Notes under the pieces: model-generated
Told to the model about the DNA's origin: nothing
What the model saw: only the letters and a program-made list of their open reading frames with translations
The model's database searches: none
Assembly (NCBI RefSeq): GCF_006345805.1
Contig: NC_042998.1
Span: forward strand, 106,764,001-106,828,000
DNA length: 64,000 bases
Source of the DNA: Octopus sinensis
Taxonomy: Eukaryota
Direction of reading: 5' to 3'
In this document: positions 42,681-55,684 of the stretch, piece by piece
Layout: each line of letters starts with the position of its first letter
Position numbering within the stretch: position 1 is the first letter of the stretch
Made by a program: the position numbers and the translations under genes

Positions 42681-42987
42681 TATTGTAATCAGTGAAATCA
42701 GTCATAATTGTGAACATCAAAAGGTTAAATCTACATACGTTGAAATGTTGAATAGCAAAGTCTTTGAAGTGCTTGAAGGAATAACGTTGTCGTTAAGAGT
42801 TAATAATTTTTTTCTTTGCTTCCACAAATTAAAAATTCTTTTATTTAATAACTTTTAAATACAAAGAAATAGAAGAAAAAAAGAGATGAAAAAGGAAGCG
42901 ATAGAAAAGAAAAAAGGAGGTGGTAACGCTGCAGAAGATGGAGGGGGAGAGAGCCACGAGTCACCTACCCCAGAACAAATTATGTGC

Positions 42988-43156
42988 TTAGCCGCGTCCC
43001 GTGGTAATGGCCGCAATGGCGTTGCCACGGAGAATGCCACTGCAGCAGTCACTCCATCTTGCGGGGCTCATTTCTTCAATGGCCGCCGTCATCCCTATTT
43101 TGTGGAGGAAATCGGTAGTATGAGGTCCATAGAATACCTGACATCTCGACGGCGAC
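42988..43156 (-). mobile_element. Possible CRE-like LINE C-terminal relic
   Basis: Minus-strand RCQVFYGPHTTDFLHKIG...SGILRGNAIAAITTGRG* resembles the RGNA motif at the end of CRE-type ORFs. Recalled similarity only. Confidence 0.3.
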
Positions 43157-43888
43157 TAACGCAAACTGATAGCGGCCGGCCAGGCCCCTACTTTTATTGA
43201 TTTTTCTCTTCGCGTTGCTAGCGATGACACCTGGATTTGCAGTAATTATATTCTGAAAAGCGGTTTCAATAAAATCTGTTCTTTCCATTTTTTGTCGCAC
43301 TCTCTGAAATCCCGACTAGCAACCAACCTCAGATGATGTAGGCACCCCCGGGCTGAGAAAAACTATCCTACAACAGCCAAACGACGGATATTCTACTACT
43401 TCTACGATTGCTTCTGCTCTTCTGAATTAGTTAGTTGTATATCACCATTGGAATAGTCTTACCCCAGATTCCCGTCCATTTCTCGTATCATATAAAGGAC
43501 TGAAATGATGAATATTGCTTCTCCTAGTCTTAACTTAGAAACAATATTATCAATAAGAAAGACAGTGTGAGAGCTGGTGGCCAAGTAAGTTTGAAGCAAG
43601 TGGAGTTGCTTTCGTAACAGGTATGTACGTGTACGTGGTGATGAGCGAGGCAAACGAAATAATGCCTCAGGGCAACCCTAAATGAGCAGACCTTTGATCA
43701 AAACGTCATTCTAGCCATGAAAATGTCTTATTGTCAGATATTATATCTGGAACTGCATTGTCCTAAATGTTCTTCCCGTTTTAAGACGGTAGAGTGTGAT
43801 TTATGAGAGATTTGGTTGTTATTTCTAACAGGTCGAACGACTATTTAAAATGAGTTTTTATCGCGTGTGTGCAATGTGAAAGTTGGGT

Positions 43889-43925
<37 letters not shown>

Positions 43926-44532
43926 AAACGTGGAGCACTGCTTACAGAGTCACCTTGGCAGAAGAGTGATGAATATAGACGTGAGAATATAGACGAAACA
44001 TGAATTATTAAAGCATTATGCATTTGATGAGTTATAAAACTCGAAACTTTCAAACATTTTTATCCTTGTTGGGAAAACAGTTTTAATTAAAAGCTTTTGG
44101 TAAAGCAATCGGAAGATCATTTTCATTTCGATTTGGCATCTGCATAAAAGAAAACCCAGAGTAATGTCATCTTGTATTGTACACATTGGTTTTTGTACAC
44201 TTTGCAAGTATGCATTTACGCACACACTACCTTCCTCTATTTCTCTCTTTCTTTCTCTCTCTCTGGTGGTGGTGGTGGTAGTCGTCGTCGCCGCCATCGT
44301 CGAGTGCTACAGCTGCTTCTGTTACACAGATTTATTGGGTTGGCAACTAAGTTCCGCCGTTTTTTTAAAATCTTGGAATTTATTGCGCCTTTAAATTTTG
44401 GAATCTATTTTTTTTTTCGAGAATTCCATTTTTGAATCATTTTGGAATCTATTTTGCTTTTTTTTTCTAGTAAATTTTAGTTAATTTTTGTTTATTTTCA
44501 GATCACTAAAAGGGAAAGTCAAGTTAAGAAAA

Positions 44533-45870
44533 ATGAGCCATTTTCGACACCTCCTTCTTTTTGCTTTTAATCAAGGTTCTAAGGCCGCAAAAGCTGCTCG
44601 CAACATTTGTGCTGTGTATGGAGAGGGTGCCATAGCTGAAAGAACCACTCGTGATTGGTATGCCAAGTTAAAAAATGGAAAGTTTAACCTCAAAGGCGCA
44701 CCTCGGTCTGGCCGTCCAGTTGAGTTCGATGAAGAGCAAGTAAACTAACTTTTGCACGAAAATTCTCGTCAAACGACAAGGGAACTGGCAGAGAAAAGGG
44801 AATGCTCCCACACTGCTATAGAGAAGCATCTTCACTCCTTGGGAAAGGTTCAGGATTATGGAGCATGGGTTCCACATGCTTTAAGTGACAACAACAAAAA
44901 TCAACGAGCAACAATCTCCGCTGGTCTGCTTGTTCGTCACCTCTCAACTCTTGGACACAGTCAACGATTTCTTTACCGAATCGTTACTGGCAACGAAAAA
45001 TGGTGCCTGTACATCATTATGAAGCAGCGTAAGGAATGGCTTAGCCCCAGTAAACAAGCGACACAGCGCGTGAAATAAGATCTTCATCCGCGTAAAACGA
45101 TGTTGTGCGTATTGTGGGACTGGGAAGAGATTATCCATTACGAATTGCATGAACGGAACCAAGCGGTCAACGTGGAACTCCATGTTCAACAGATGGAACG
45201 ACTCAACACGGCTATTCAAGAGAAAAGGACCTAATCGGCAGTGGAGGCACATGGCCTAGTGGTTAGAGCAGCGGACTCGCGGTCGAGGGATCGCGGGTTC
45301 GGATCTCAGACCGGGTGATGTGTGTGTTTATGAGCGAAATACCTAAGCTCCACGCGGCTCCGGCAAAAGGTAATGGCGAACTTCTGCTGACTCTTTCGCC
45401 ACAACTTTCTCTCACTCTTTCCTCCTGCATTTGCAGCTCACCTGCGACGGACCGGCGTCCCGTCCAGGTGGGGAACCTATACGCCAAGGAAACCGGGAAA
45501 CCGGCTCTTATGAGCCAGGCGTGGCTCGAGAAGGAACAATTTTATATAATAACCTAATCGGCAGCATGGAGTTCTTCTGCTGCACGACAACGCCCGCCCT
45601 CATATCGCCAATATGACCAAGGAAGCCATTCAAACACATGACTGAGAAGTGCTGCCACACCCACCGTACTCTCCTGATTTAGCACCAACGGATTTTCACC
45701 TCTTTCGATCTCCTTCAAATGCTATGCGGAGAGTTTCGTTCAATACTGATGCAGAATTCAGAGCTTGGTTGGATCAATTTTTCGAGTCGAAATCGGGTGA
45801 TTTCTACCAACGAGGTATTAAAAATCTTGTTGAACGTTGGGAAGAAGTTGTAAACAACAAGGGTGAATAA
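44533..45870 (+). pseudogene. Mariner transposase pseudogene
   Basis: WVPHAL, IVTGNEKW (first catalytic D changed to N), HDNARPH and HPPYSPDLAPTDFHLF motifs; in-frame stops; SINE insertion. Confidence 0.9.
45242..45551 (+). mobile_element. tRNA-derived SINE (family B) inserted in the mariner
   Basis: A box tggcctagtgg and B box ggttcggatc; 13-bp TSD acctaatcggcag at 45229-45241 and 45552-45564. Confidence 0.9.
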
Positions 45871-46377
45871 CTTATTGATGAATTAGTTGGTATTTTTTAT
45901 TAAACCTTTTAAAAAACGGCGGGAATTTAGTTGCCAACCCAGTAGATCACATTCGAAAGGTCCTTTGTCTAGTTGGTAAAGATTGACTCATCAACATTCT
46001 ACACACACTACAGTTAGGGGCTCACGGTTTCTATCTCTCATCTGTTGCTACTATAATGGCTCTTCATCTGAAGTAGCAATGATACATACCATCCTGCGCG
46101 TACCGGTATCCAGGTGACTAGCTGTATAGTAATAAGTAATATGCAGTATTAGAACTAAATTGAAAATATAATGTTAGAGCAATGTGATAGACATCTCATC
46201 ATTTCTCTCAACTTAAAACTATTCACTATTTGACGTTTGACAACCTCCTACATTAACGCGGTCTCATTAGCGTGACAGTGAATAAACATACAAGCTAATT
46301 ATCTTATTTGGATAGCAATAAGTGTTTATCACAATCACTATACTGTAAGAAAATTGCTTAACATTTCATTCTCTTAG

Positions 46378-46417
46378 GTATCCAGGTGACTGTTTTCACC
46401 CAAGAGATTGAAGAAAG
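46378..46417 (+). CDS. Candidate 40-nt exon, (G)IQVTVFTQEIEE(R)
   Basis: Strong acceptor tttcattctcttag and donor AAG|gttagt; open frame, phase 1 to 2. Confidence 0.3.
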
Positions 46418-46527
46418 GTTAGTATCAGCAAATTAAGGCAAAATAGTTAAGCAGAATCGTAATTGGATTGCAAACATGGTCCGCAGGAAATTTCATCCCG
46501 CCCCCTCTCACCCCCCCAAAAAAAACG

Positions 46528-46592
<65 letters not shown>

Positions 46593-46785
46593 CTCTGCAT
46601 GTGTTCTATCTTCCGGTGACGTCATTCATAGCCCAATAATGTGCTTTCGCACACATTGAACTTCTCTCCCGGAGAAAATCTCCGTAGTGAAGGTCTTTCC
46701 CTGTCCTATTGTACACGAAGATGTTACTTATACTACATATATTTCAATCAGTGCTTCGTGCACCTTTAGTTGATATATATATATA

Positions 46786-47900
46786 TAAAATGAATAAAAG
46801 AATGGAGTCGAACGAAGATTTTAACACAATTCCTTTACTTTCAACACATGTTTGGAAGTTCCAAATTATCACAGAGAATTTCCAATCATTATTCAACGTT
46901 CCGAGATAAGAGAAAACAACAGAGTACAGGACTAAGTAAATTAGTTTGGCGTCTTAAGGATAATAATATAACTTTTAAACTGGATTGGTCCATATTGTCT
47001 GTATCCTTTCCTTTTGATAAGGGCAGGAAATTTTGCGGAATTTGTATTTCCGAGCTCTTCCATATCATTTTCACCAAGTTCCCTTTGGTTAACACATTAA
47101 CAGAAAAATCCTATAAGTGTATGCACTGGCAAAAACACACTTTCCATTCATATAAATGATAAATGATATTGATAGTTTCCCTGATTTAGTATTTAATTTT
47201 ACGTCCCTTTTATGTCTACTCCGTTACATAAAACAATGATACTATATGTCACTGGCGTATGTTTATCTCTTCCTCTCTACCTCTCCCTCTCTCTTTCTCC
47301 CTATCTGTCTCTGTCATACGCTCAATCAAACACACAGACACAAATTTCTCGCTTTACTACTATATTTATTTGACAACCGTCCCCAACACATACATAATTA
47401 CACACATATACATACATATACATAAATGCAGTTATATACACACACATAAGCAATAAAACTAATTAACCAGAGCAAACACCCCCGCATCCACATACATACA
47501 GTATGCATACTGTCCCCTTCTTATTTTCATAAATTCCCCTTCCAAACAATTTTGACGTCATTGCTTTTAACGGTTTTTTAAAACACTCATTATCACTGTG
47601 AACATTATGTAGCAAGCCATAGAAAAGTTTTTGTCCGTCTTGAGGCTGATTGATTTTCCTTGTCTTTCCTGATGAGAAGACGGCATAATGCACACTTTAT
47701 TCCTTCGGAATTAAGAATATGCAGTCTTCGAAACATGTGTTGAAAGTAAAGGAATTGTGTTAAAATCTTCGTTCGACTCCATTCTTTTATTCATTTTAAA
47801 TAATACACAAATTACCACACAAGAACACGGGGTTTCTACCCTTGGCATATAGCTTCAACCGTGTTTTCTGACGTGAATTTGCTACCCAGGTATCGATTAA
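46786..47900 (+). mobile_element. 5'-truncated PLE: inverted tail, GIY-YIG end, 3' tail and next leader
   Basis: ORF 46848-47159 is homologous to 52847-53266; 46786-46853 is the exact reverse complement of 47731-47798; 47720-47900 resembles 50420-50600. Confidence 0.8.
47664..47746 (+). ncRNA. Type I hammerhead ribozyme
   Basis: ctttc-CUGAUGA-gaagac...gtcttc-GAAAC-atgt-GUU-gaaag; stem II extended by gcata/tatgc. Confidence 0.8.
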
Positions 47901-47903
47901 CCG

Positions 47904-49923
47904 AATTTTGTAGAATTTTTTTGCCACCAGCGGCCTAGTGGGAAAAAATTAAATAGTCATAGACCATTTTTAAGTTCAACATCACAATCAAGGAACGGCC
48001 ATAATAGGCCATTCACCCACTAGAAATAACAGCCAAAGCTTCAACCGCAAATAAACATCAATTCCGTAAACCAGGAGAAAATTAAAAAACATTTACCCTG
48101 TAATTTCTTATACGATGCACCGTTTCATCTACTGTTTAATGGTAAACTAACCTGATTAAATTAAATCAAGCCAATCTTCCATAGGCCCTTAGAATCATCA
48201 GTAAGAAATAGCCAAGTCGGAACAGATATTTTCACGAGGCATTTCCGACCTTGCCTCGGCAATATCTGACCTAAAATTTTCAAATCATCGCACTCGCGCC
48301 AAATTTATCGGCAGCAAATAAATATAAGCCGCCGATTCCATTACGGAACTAACCAGAAAATTCATAATTAATCAATATAGGGTGGCAAAAAATTTTGTAG
48401 AATTTTTTTGCCACCAGCGGCCTAGTGGGAAAAAATTAAATAGTCATAGACCATTTTTAAGTTCAACATCACAATCAAGGAACGGCCATAATAGGCCATT
48501 CACCCACTAGAAATAACAGCCAAAGCTTCAACCGCAAATAAACATCAATTCCGTAAACCAGGAGAAAATTAAAAAACATTTACCCTGTAATTTCTTATAC
48601 GATGCACCGTTTCATCTACTGTTTAATGGTAAACTAACCTGATTAAATTAAATCAAGCCAATCTTCCATAGGCCCTTAGAATCATCAGTAAGAAATAGCC
48701 AAGTCGGAACAGATATTTTCACGAGGCATTTCCGACCTTGCCTCGGCAATATCTGACCTAAAATTTTCAAATCATCGCACTCGCGCCAAATTTATCGGCA
48801 GCAAATAAATATAAGCCGCCGATTCCATTACGGAACTAACCAGAAAATTCATAATTAAAAAAAAATGGTCTATGACTATTTAATTTTTTCCCACTAGGCC
48901 GCTGGTGGCAAAAAAATTCTACAAAATTTTTTGCCACCCTATATTGATTAATTATGAATTTTCTGGTTAGTTCCGTAATGGAATCGGCGGCTTATATTTA
49001 TTTGCTGCCGATAAATTTGGCGCGAGTGCGATGATTTGAAAATTTTAGGTCAGATATTGCCGAGGCAAGGTCGGAAATGCCTCGTGAAAATATCTGTTCC
49101 GACTTGGCTATTTCTTACTGATGATTCTAAGGGCCTATGGAAGATTGGCTTGATTTAATTTAATCAGGTTAGTTTACCATTAAACAGTAGATGAAACGGT
49201 GCATCGTATAAGAAATTACAGGGTAAATGTTTTTTAATTTTCTCCTGGTTTACGGAATTGATGTTTATTTGCGGTTGAAGCTTTGGCTGTTATTTCTAGT
49301 GGGTGAATGGCCTATTATGGCCGTTCCTTGATTGTGATGTTGAACTTAAAAATGGTCTATGACTATTTAATTTTTTCCCACTAGGCGCTGGTGGCAAAAA
49401 AATTCTACAAAATTTTTTGCCACCCTATATTGATTAATTATGAATTTTCTGGTTAGTTCCGTAATGGAATCGGCGGCTTATATTTATTTGCTGCCGATAA
49501 ATTTGGCGCGAGTGCGATGATTTGAAAATTTTAGGTCAGATATTGCCGAGGCAAGGTCGGAAATGCCTCGTGAAAATATCTGTTCCGACTTGGCTATTTC
49601 TTACTGATGATTCTAAGGGCCTATGGAAGATTGGCTTGATTTAATTTAATCAGGTTAGTTTACCATTAAACAGTAGATGAAACGGTGCATCGTATAAGAA
49701 ATTACAGGGTAAATGTTTTTTAATTTTCTCCTGGTTTACGGAATTGATGTTTATTTGCGGTTGAAGCTTTGGCTGTTATTTCTAGTGGGTGAATGGCCTA
49801 TTATGGCCGTTCCTTGATTGTGATGTTGAACTTAAAAATGGTCTATGACTATTTAATTTTTTCCCACTAGGCCGCTGGTGGCAAAAAAATTCTACAAAAT
49901 TTTTTGCCACCCTATATTGATTA
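47904..49923. repeat. Head-to-head array of a 487-bp unit
   Basis: Forward arm 47904-48857 (period 487); reverse arm 48861-49923 (periods 487 and 486, 1-bp deletion near 49386). Confidence 0.97.
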
Positions 49924-50050
<127 letters not shown>

Positions 50051-50366
50051 AACAATGCGAACGCATTGTGACCAGCAATGTGTAACAGCATCTGATGGTC
50101 TGGTCGGTCACGTGATCACGTGATATATATATACATATATTTATACATACATATATATATATATATAAGGAACATGCGTGGTTGTATGGTAAGAAGCTTG
50201 CTACCTAACCACATGGTTCCGAGTTCGGTCCCACTGCGTGGTATCTTGGGCAACTGTTATATCCTATAACGTTTGTTTTAAAAATAAATTAATGGCGTTC
50301 AGTTCATCACTATACATATCCATCATATTCTGTTAAAATGTCTTATTGACGAGTTTTATTTCTTCA

Positions 50367-50440
50367 TTTCCCTGAAGAGAAGATTACATTGTTTTACACC
50401 ATTTTATTCCTTTGGATATCTTCGAAACATGTGTCGGAAG
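50367..50440 (+). ncRNA. Type I hammerhead ribozyme (5' pseudo-LTR)
   Basis: tttcc-CUGAAGA-gaagat...atcttc-GAAAC-atgt-GUC-ggaag. Confidence 0.85.
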
Positions 50441-51199
50441 TAAAAGAATTTGAATAACACCTGCGTTTAACTCCATTTATTTATTTATTTATTTATTTAT
50501 ATTATACAAAATATTTCACATAAACCCGGAGTTTCTACCTTTAAAAACAAGGTGTTACGTCTTTTTTACTTGTGTGATTTTTTGCAACCCTGGTAATGTT
50601 TATCTATTTTTTCCGTGTTAATTCTAAAGAAGGGAAAAATACACACATCTATTTATATATACTTCAACCAGGTTTCCATATAATCTGCTAATAAAATAGT
50701 TGCCACATACGGAATTATTTAATATAAACGCATCTCTTAAGGATATACCCATTCCTCCAAAGACTGGTTTCCTTAAGCAACTTGTTAATAAGACAAATTC
50801 CTTTATCAACCGTATCAGATGGCTCACCTTTTTCTTCGACAACAAGGACATTCAACAGCCCACTAATGATATAACCTCTGAATTTAACAAATTATTTAAA
50901 TCTAAAACTAACCCTCCGCCTAACCCAAGATTGAAACAGTTTGAAGATGGTCTATTGTGTGAAATGTAAAATTTTGCCGATCACCGCTAAGGAATAAACA
51001 TCTGAGGTATCTTCACAATATCACCAAGGAAATTAATACCATGGATAGTATGCTGGTTCAATCAGATAAAAAGGGAAACCTGTACAAACTTAACAAGGAC
51101 TATTACTTGGAACTGGTTAAAAAAGAAATTAAAAAAAACTATAGGATTGCCGGTAAAAGTGTACTCAGGAAAGCCAACCTTGAGGCTAAGAAAATTATG

Positions 51200-51426
51200 C
51201 GGCGAGCTGGCAGAAACGTTAGCACGCCGGGTGAAATGCTTATCGGTATTTCGTCTGCCGCCACGTTCTGAGTTCAAATTCCGCCGAGGTCGACTTTGCC
51301 CTTCATCCTTTCAGGGTCGATTAAATAAGTACCAGTTACGCACTGGGGTCGATATAATCGACTTAATCCATTTGTCTGTCCTTGTTTGTCCCCTATGTGT
51401 GTAGCCCCTTGTGGGCAGAAAAGAAA
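51200..51426 (+). mobile_element. SINE family A inserted in the PLE ORF
   Basis: Intact CpG-rich copy; 13-bp TSD taagaaaattatg at 51187-51199 and 51427-51439. Confidence 0.95.
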
Positions 51427-51813
51427 TAAGAAAATTATGGAGAGATATAACTAACAGATGAAGACAGAACCACTTGATCCTAAGCAACCTCGTTTTATTT
51501 TGTAAGATCATAAACAAAACTTTTTTAATAACTCATCCTTAAGACTTCTAACTCTGTCCTTCTAACTCTGACATCGGTGTACTTAGTAAAAATATTCTAG
51601 ATAAATATATTCCTACCTTAGTTAAAAAATTAAAGCTTAGTTTATGGTCTAATTCATTCCAAGTCGTTTAGTTCAATTTCTAATAAGAGGAGCACTAAGT
51701 TTATCCAGTTTAATATTTCTAATTTTTATTCCCCCATCAACCCAATAGTAATTAATAAGGTACTTTGGCTTGCTCATAACAAAGCTGGTCTCACCAGGGA
51801 AGAAATTAATGTT

Positions 51814-52887
51814 GTGTTGGCCGCCAGAAAATCTATCATAAAGTTTGACAATAAGATGTGGGTCCGTAAAGACACACCCGATGGTTTTCATGTTACGATG
51901 GGAAGTTCTGATTCAGCACAAGTAGCTGATTTAGTCTGTATATATATACTTTATGAAATGGCAGACCAGTTACCAAGCATCAATGGAGGTCTATATTGTG
52001 ATGATTGTTTACTTTACCTTCAAAATGTTTCTAACCAAAAAGTACAAAAGGTTAAGAATAGTTTAGTTAAGTTTTTCCGTCGAATGGGCTTAGGCATCGT
52101 TTTTGATGATGATGTAACGAAGGCCAACTTTTTAGATATTACACTTAACTTACACAATAATTCATACTTCTCATACCACAAACCATCGACCAATCTTAAG
52201 TATATTAGCCAATTCAGTAATCATTCTAGGGCAATCACTAGGAGCTTAGTTAAGAATATTTCATTTAGATTGTCTAAGTCTGCTAATGTTGACATTTTCA
52301 GTGATAAGACTGAATTTTATAACTCTGCCTTACTTAAAGCAGGTTATACAGATACAGTTACCTACATTAATTCCATTCAATCTTATTCTACCTTTGCTAA
52401 TGGCGACATGAAATCTAGTTGTAAGGATATAAACGATATCAATTTTAATTTATACGCCAACACCAAACAGAGGAAGGGAGATAAGCCTTATTTAAACCCC
52501 ATTTTTCATTTTAAAGGTAATTCGATGTCTTTTAAAGATAGTTACACTAAAAATAAGGTAACTAATAGTAAAACTATTTGGTTGATTATTCCTTATGGAA
52601 GGGAAATTAAATCTAATCTTCCTATACAGTTTCGGGAAGTTATTATTAGGAATTTTCCAAAGAATTCTAGGTATTACTCTATTATCAACTCGCACACGGT
52701 CAGGATTAGTTTTTGCAACACAAAAAATCACTTACAAATTATCTCCTCACATAATATTAGTCTGTTAAATGAGAATACATTTACTAATACTAACATTAAT
52801 TTAGCAAATACCACCCATCCCCCTAGAAATATTAATAAAAAGATTATTGTCTCTAAAGTCAATTCCAACAGAATTAAGTTTATGTGA
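51814..52887 (+). pseudogene. PLE reverse transcriptase, core to C-terminus
   Basis: FHVTMGSSD, GLYCDDCL (YxDD), NFLDITL, YHKP and SNH motifs typical of PLE RT. Confidence 0.9.
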
Positions 52888-53266
52888 AGTAATTTTAAAA
52901 TTAAAAGCTCTATATACCAGTGTAAAATACTTCAGGTACCGATGTCTTTTTTATATAGGTAGTTCTTCTCAGTTATTTAAAAGAATTTCTAATCATTACT
53001 CTACATTTAGGGATATGAATAAACGTAACAGTACAGGGCTTAGTAAATTAATTTGGTATCTAAAAGACCATAATAAACAATTTAATTTAGATCAGTTGAT
53101 TCTCTCCATTTCGTTCCCTTATGATAAAGGCAAGAAATTCTGTCTTCTCTGTAATTGTGAACTATTTCTTATTCTTTTTTCTAAAAATCCCCTTGTAGAC
53201 ACGGTTATAGAGCGTGCTTACCGATGTAAACATTGGCAGAAACACACTTTTAGTTCATATAAGTGA
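52847..53266 (+). pseudogene. PLE GIY-YIG endonuclease, frameshifted from RT
   Basis: FYIGSS...RISNHYSTF...STGLSKLIW...CLLCNCE...CKH. Confidence 0.8.
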
Positions 53267-53559
53267 TATCTACCATTATATATAATTTAAATATTGATTT
53301 TCTTCTTACATTTCACTTCCACTAGATATATCTTGTTCTAAGACTTAAGGGTTTTATTTAATTTACATATCATTCCATACTTCTCATTTATTTGGTTTCT
53401 GATTTTTTTCTTTCCTTTACCCCTCCTCTTTCTATAGGCTACCTTTGAGTCATATCCTCTAAGGTTTAAAAAAGAAACAACTTAATAGCGTTCAGTTCAT
53501 CACTATACATATCCATCATAATCTGTTAAAATGTCTTATTGACGAGTTTTATTTTTTCA

Positions 53560-53646
53560 TTTCCCTGAAGAGAAGATTACATTGTTTTACACCATTTTAT
53601 CCCTTTGGAATAATACCGATGGTATCTTCGAAACATATGTCGGAAG
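53560..53646 (+). ncRNA. Type I hammerhead ribozyme (3' pseudo-LTR)
   Basis: tttcc-CUGAAGA-gaagat...atcttc-GAAAC-atat-GUC-ggaag; longer loop II than the 5' copy. Confidence 0.85.
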
Positions 53647-53680
53647 AAAAAGAATATGAATAACACCTACGTTTAACACC

Positions 53681-53758
<78 letters not shown>

Positions 53759-54497
53759 ATATGTATGTATCTATGTATGTATGTATAGTTATGCAACTTT
53801 TACATTTTTTATCTAAATGATTTTTAGATAAATCTCATGACTTTTATATATGCACACACAAATTTATGTATGCACATACAAAATTTTAGTTAAACATTTC
53901 CAATCATATGGATGTTATAGCGTAAAATATGGCGATTGGAGTCCAACTGGACCCATTGGCCTTGTGTGAAATTATTTTTTCTGTTCTTTTCTCAGATATT
54001 TTGATGAACTATAAGTCAATTTTCTTGGTATTTGTACTGGTATGAATCGAAATACTAAATAATTTTGTTTTATTTCATATTTAGTGATATACGTATAGTT
54101 TATAAAACTATAAAAAAATGTTGATTTTTTTCAATAAAGGTTTTTCTTCAGTCAATCAATTATATTTTAATTCCCCTCCATTAAACGCTAATAATTACAA
54201 ATATATACCTCTAAGGTGCTAAATTTCATGTTCTGTATCATGCTCTCACACATGTATTAAACAAATGTTACTTTATGGATAGTGCGGAAATGCGCAAAAA
54301 TAAATTCCAACCCCGCCGGCCCATGAAGAGTAAATACAAAATGTAATATACCTTGTCTGAAGATTGCTTCCTTGTATAAAATTCTGAGTAACTAAATCTG
54401 CTCTCTCTCTCTCCACCTATCTATACATACATACATACATACATACATACATACATACATACATACATACATACATACATACACACACATACACACA

Positions 54498-54930
<433 letters not shown>

Positions 54931-55684
54931 ATTTAGATGGATATATAATATATAATATATATATAGATGAATCCCCCCTCTCTCTCTCTTTGATTGTTGT
55001 GTATAAGTACGGTCTAAGACAGATGATCTTACTACATAGTCGAACCACGTACGTATCGCGTATCTGGACGATTGTGCTATCATTTCGACGAAATGGCTTC
55101 AACCCGTTCTATTAATAAAAACAAGTATTTATAAGAATTTTATTAGATATGCTGACAGTATTACCTCCTCTCATATTATATGTAAACTATACAATAACAC
55201 CTAGACGCTCGGCGACTACCTTCAAGCCATAGGACTGCTCAATATTTGCTGATCTGAGTCTGCACAGCAACATAAACCAATGAGGGAACTTCTACCTGAC
55301 TGCTATGTCTACTAGAAATAGCAGTCAAATCTCTATCAAGTCATATCAGGTCGTTTACAAAAAGGAAGGATTCACTGGACAATGTAGTCCAGGGTACACT
55401 ATGCCTGAAAAAAAAAAAGATATATTTATAGGTGGAATGTCTTTGAGCATAAGTTTGCTCCGTCAGAACCATCTTTGTGTTTTACAAAAAGAAATGCGAT
55501 CATGATGATGACTATAACATTGTGGAACATTTTTCTGACGGTCTCCAATTATTTCTGCAAGATATTTAAGTTACAGAGCCTATAGTTCGCAATAGTTTAT
55601 TTTCATGCTGTTAGACTGGTTGTGATTTTAACTATTTTATGGTTTGTACATTATAATGAATATGATATTTTTTTCTCTTTAAAG

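Larger units (their letters stand above)
44335..45942 (+). mobile_element. Full-length mariner DNA transposon, inactive
   Basis: TA duplications; TIRs ttgggttggcaactaagttccgccg and cggcgggaatttagttgccaacccag; internal transposase. Confidence 0.95.
50289..53680 (+). mobile_element. Near full-length Penelope-like element with direct pseudo-LTRs
   Basis: Direct repeats 50289-50474 and 53482-53680, each with a hammerhead; ORF pieces from 50700 through RT to GIY-YIG; frameshifts and a SINE insertion. Confidence 0.92.

Noticed and set aside
45242-45320. tRNA gene
   Set aside because: A and B boxes are present, but it continues into a SINE body and is flanked by a 13-bp TSD.
48216-48268. HDV-like ribozyme in the 487-bp unit
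   Set aside because: P1- and P2-like pairings exist, but no P3/L3 or P1.1 can be formed on either strand.
47904-49923. CRISPR-like array
   Set aside because: Units are identical 487-bp repeats with no unique spacers, the context is eukaryotic and there are no cas genes.
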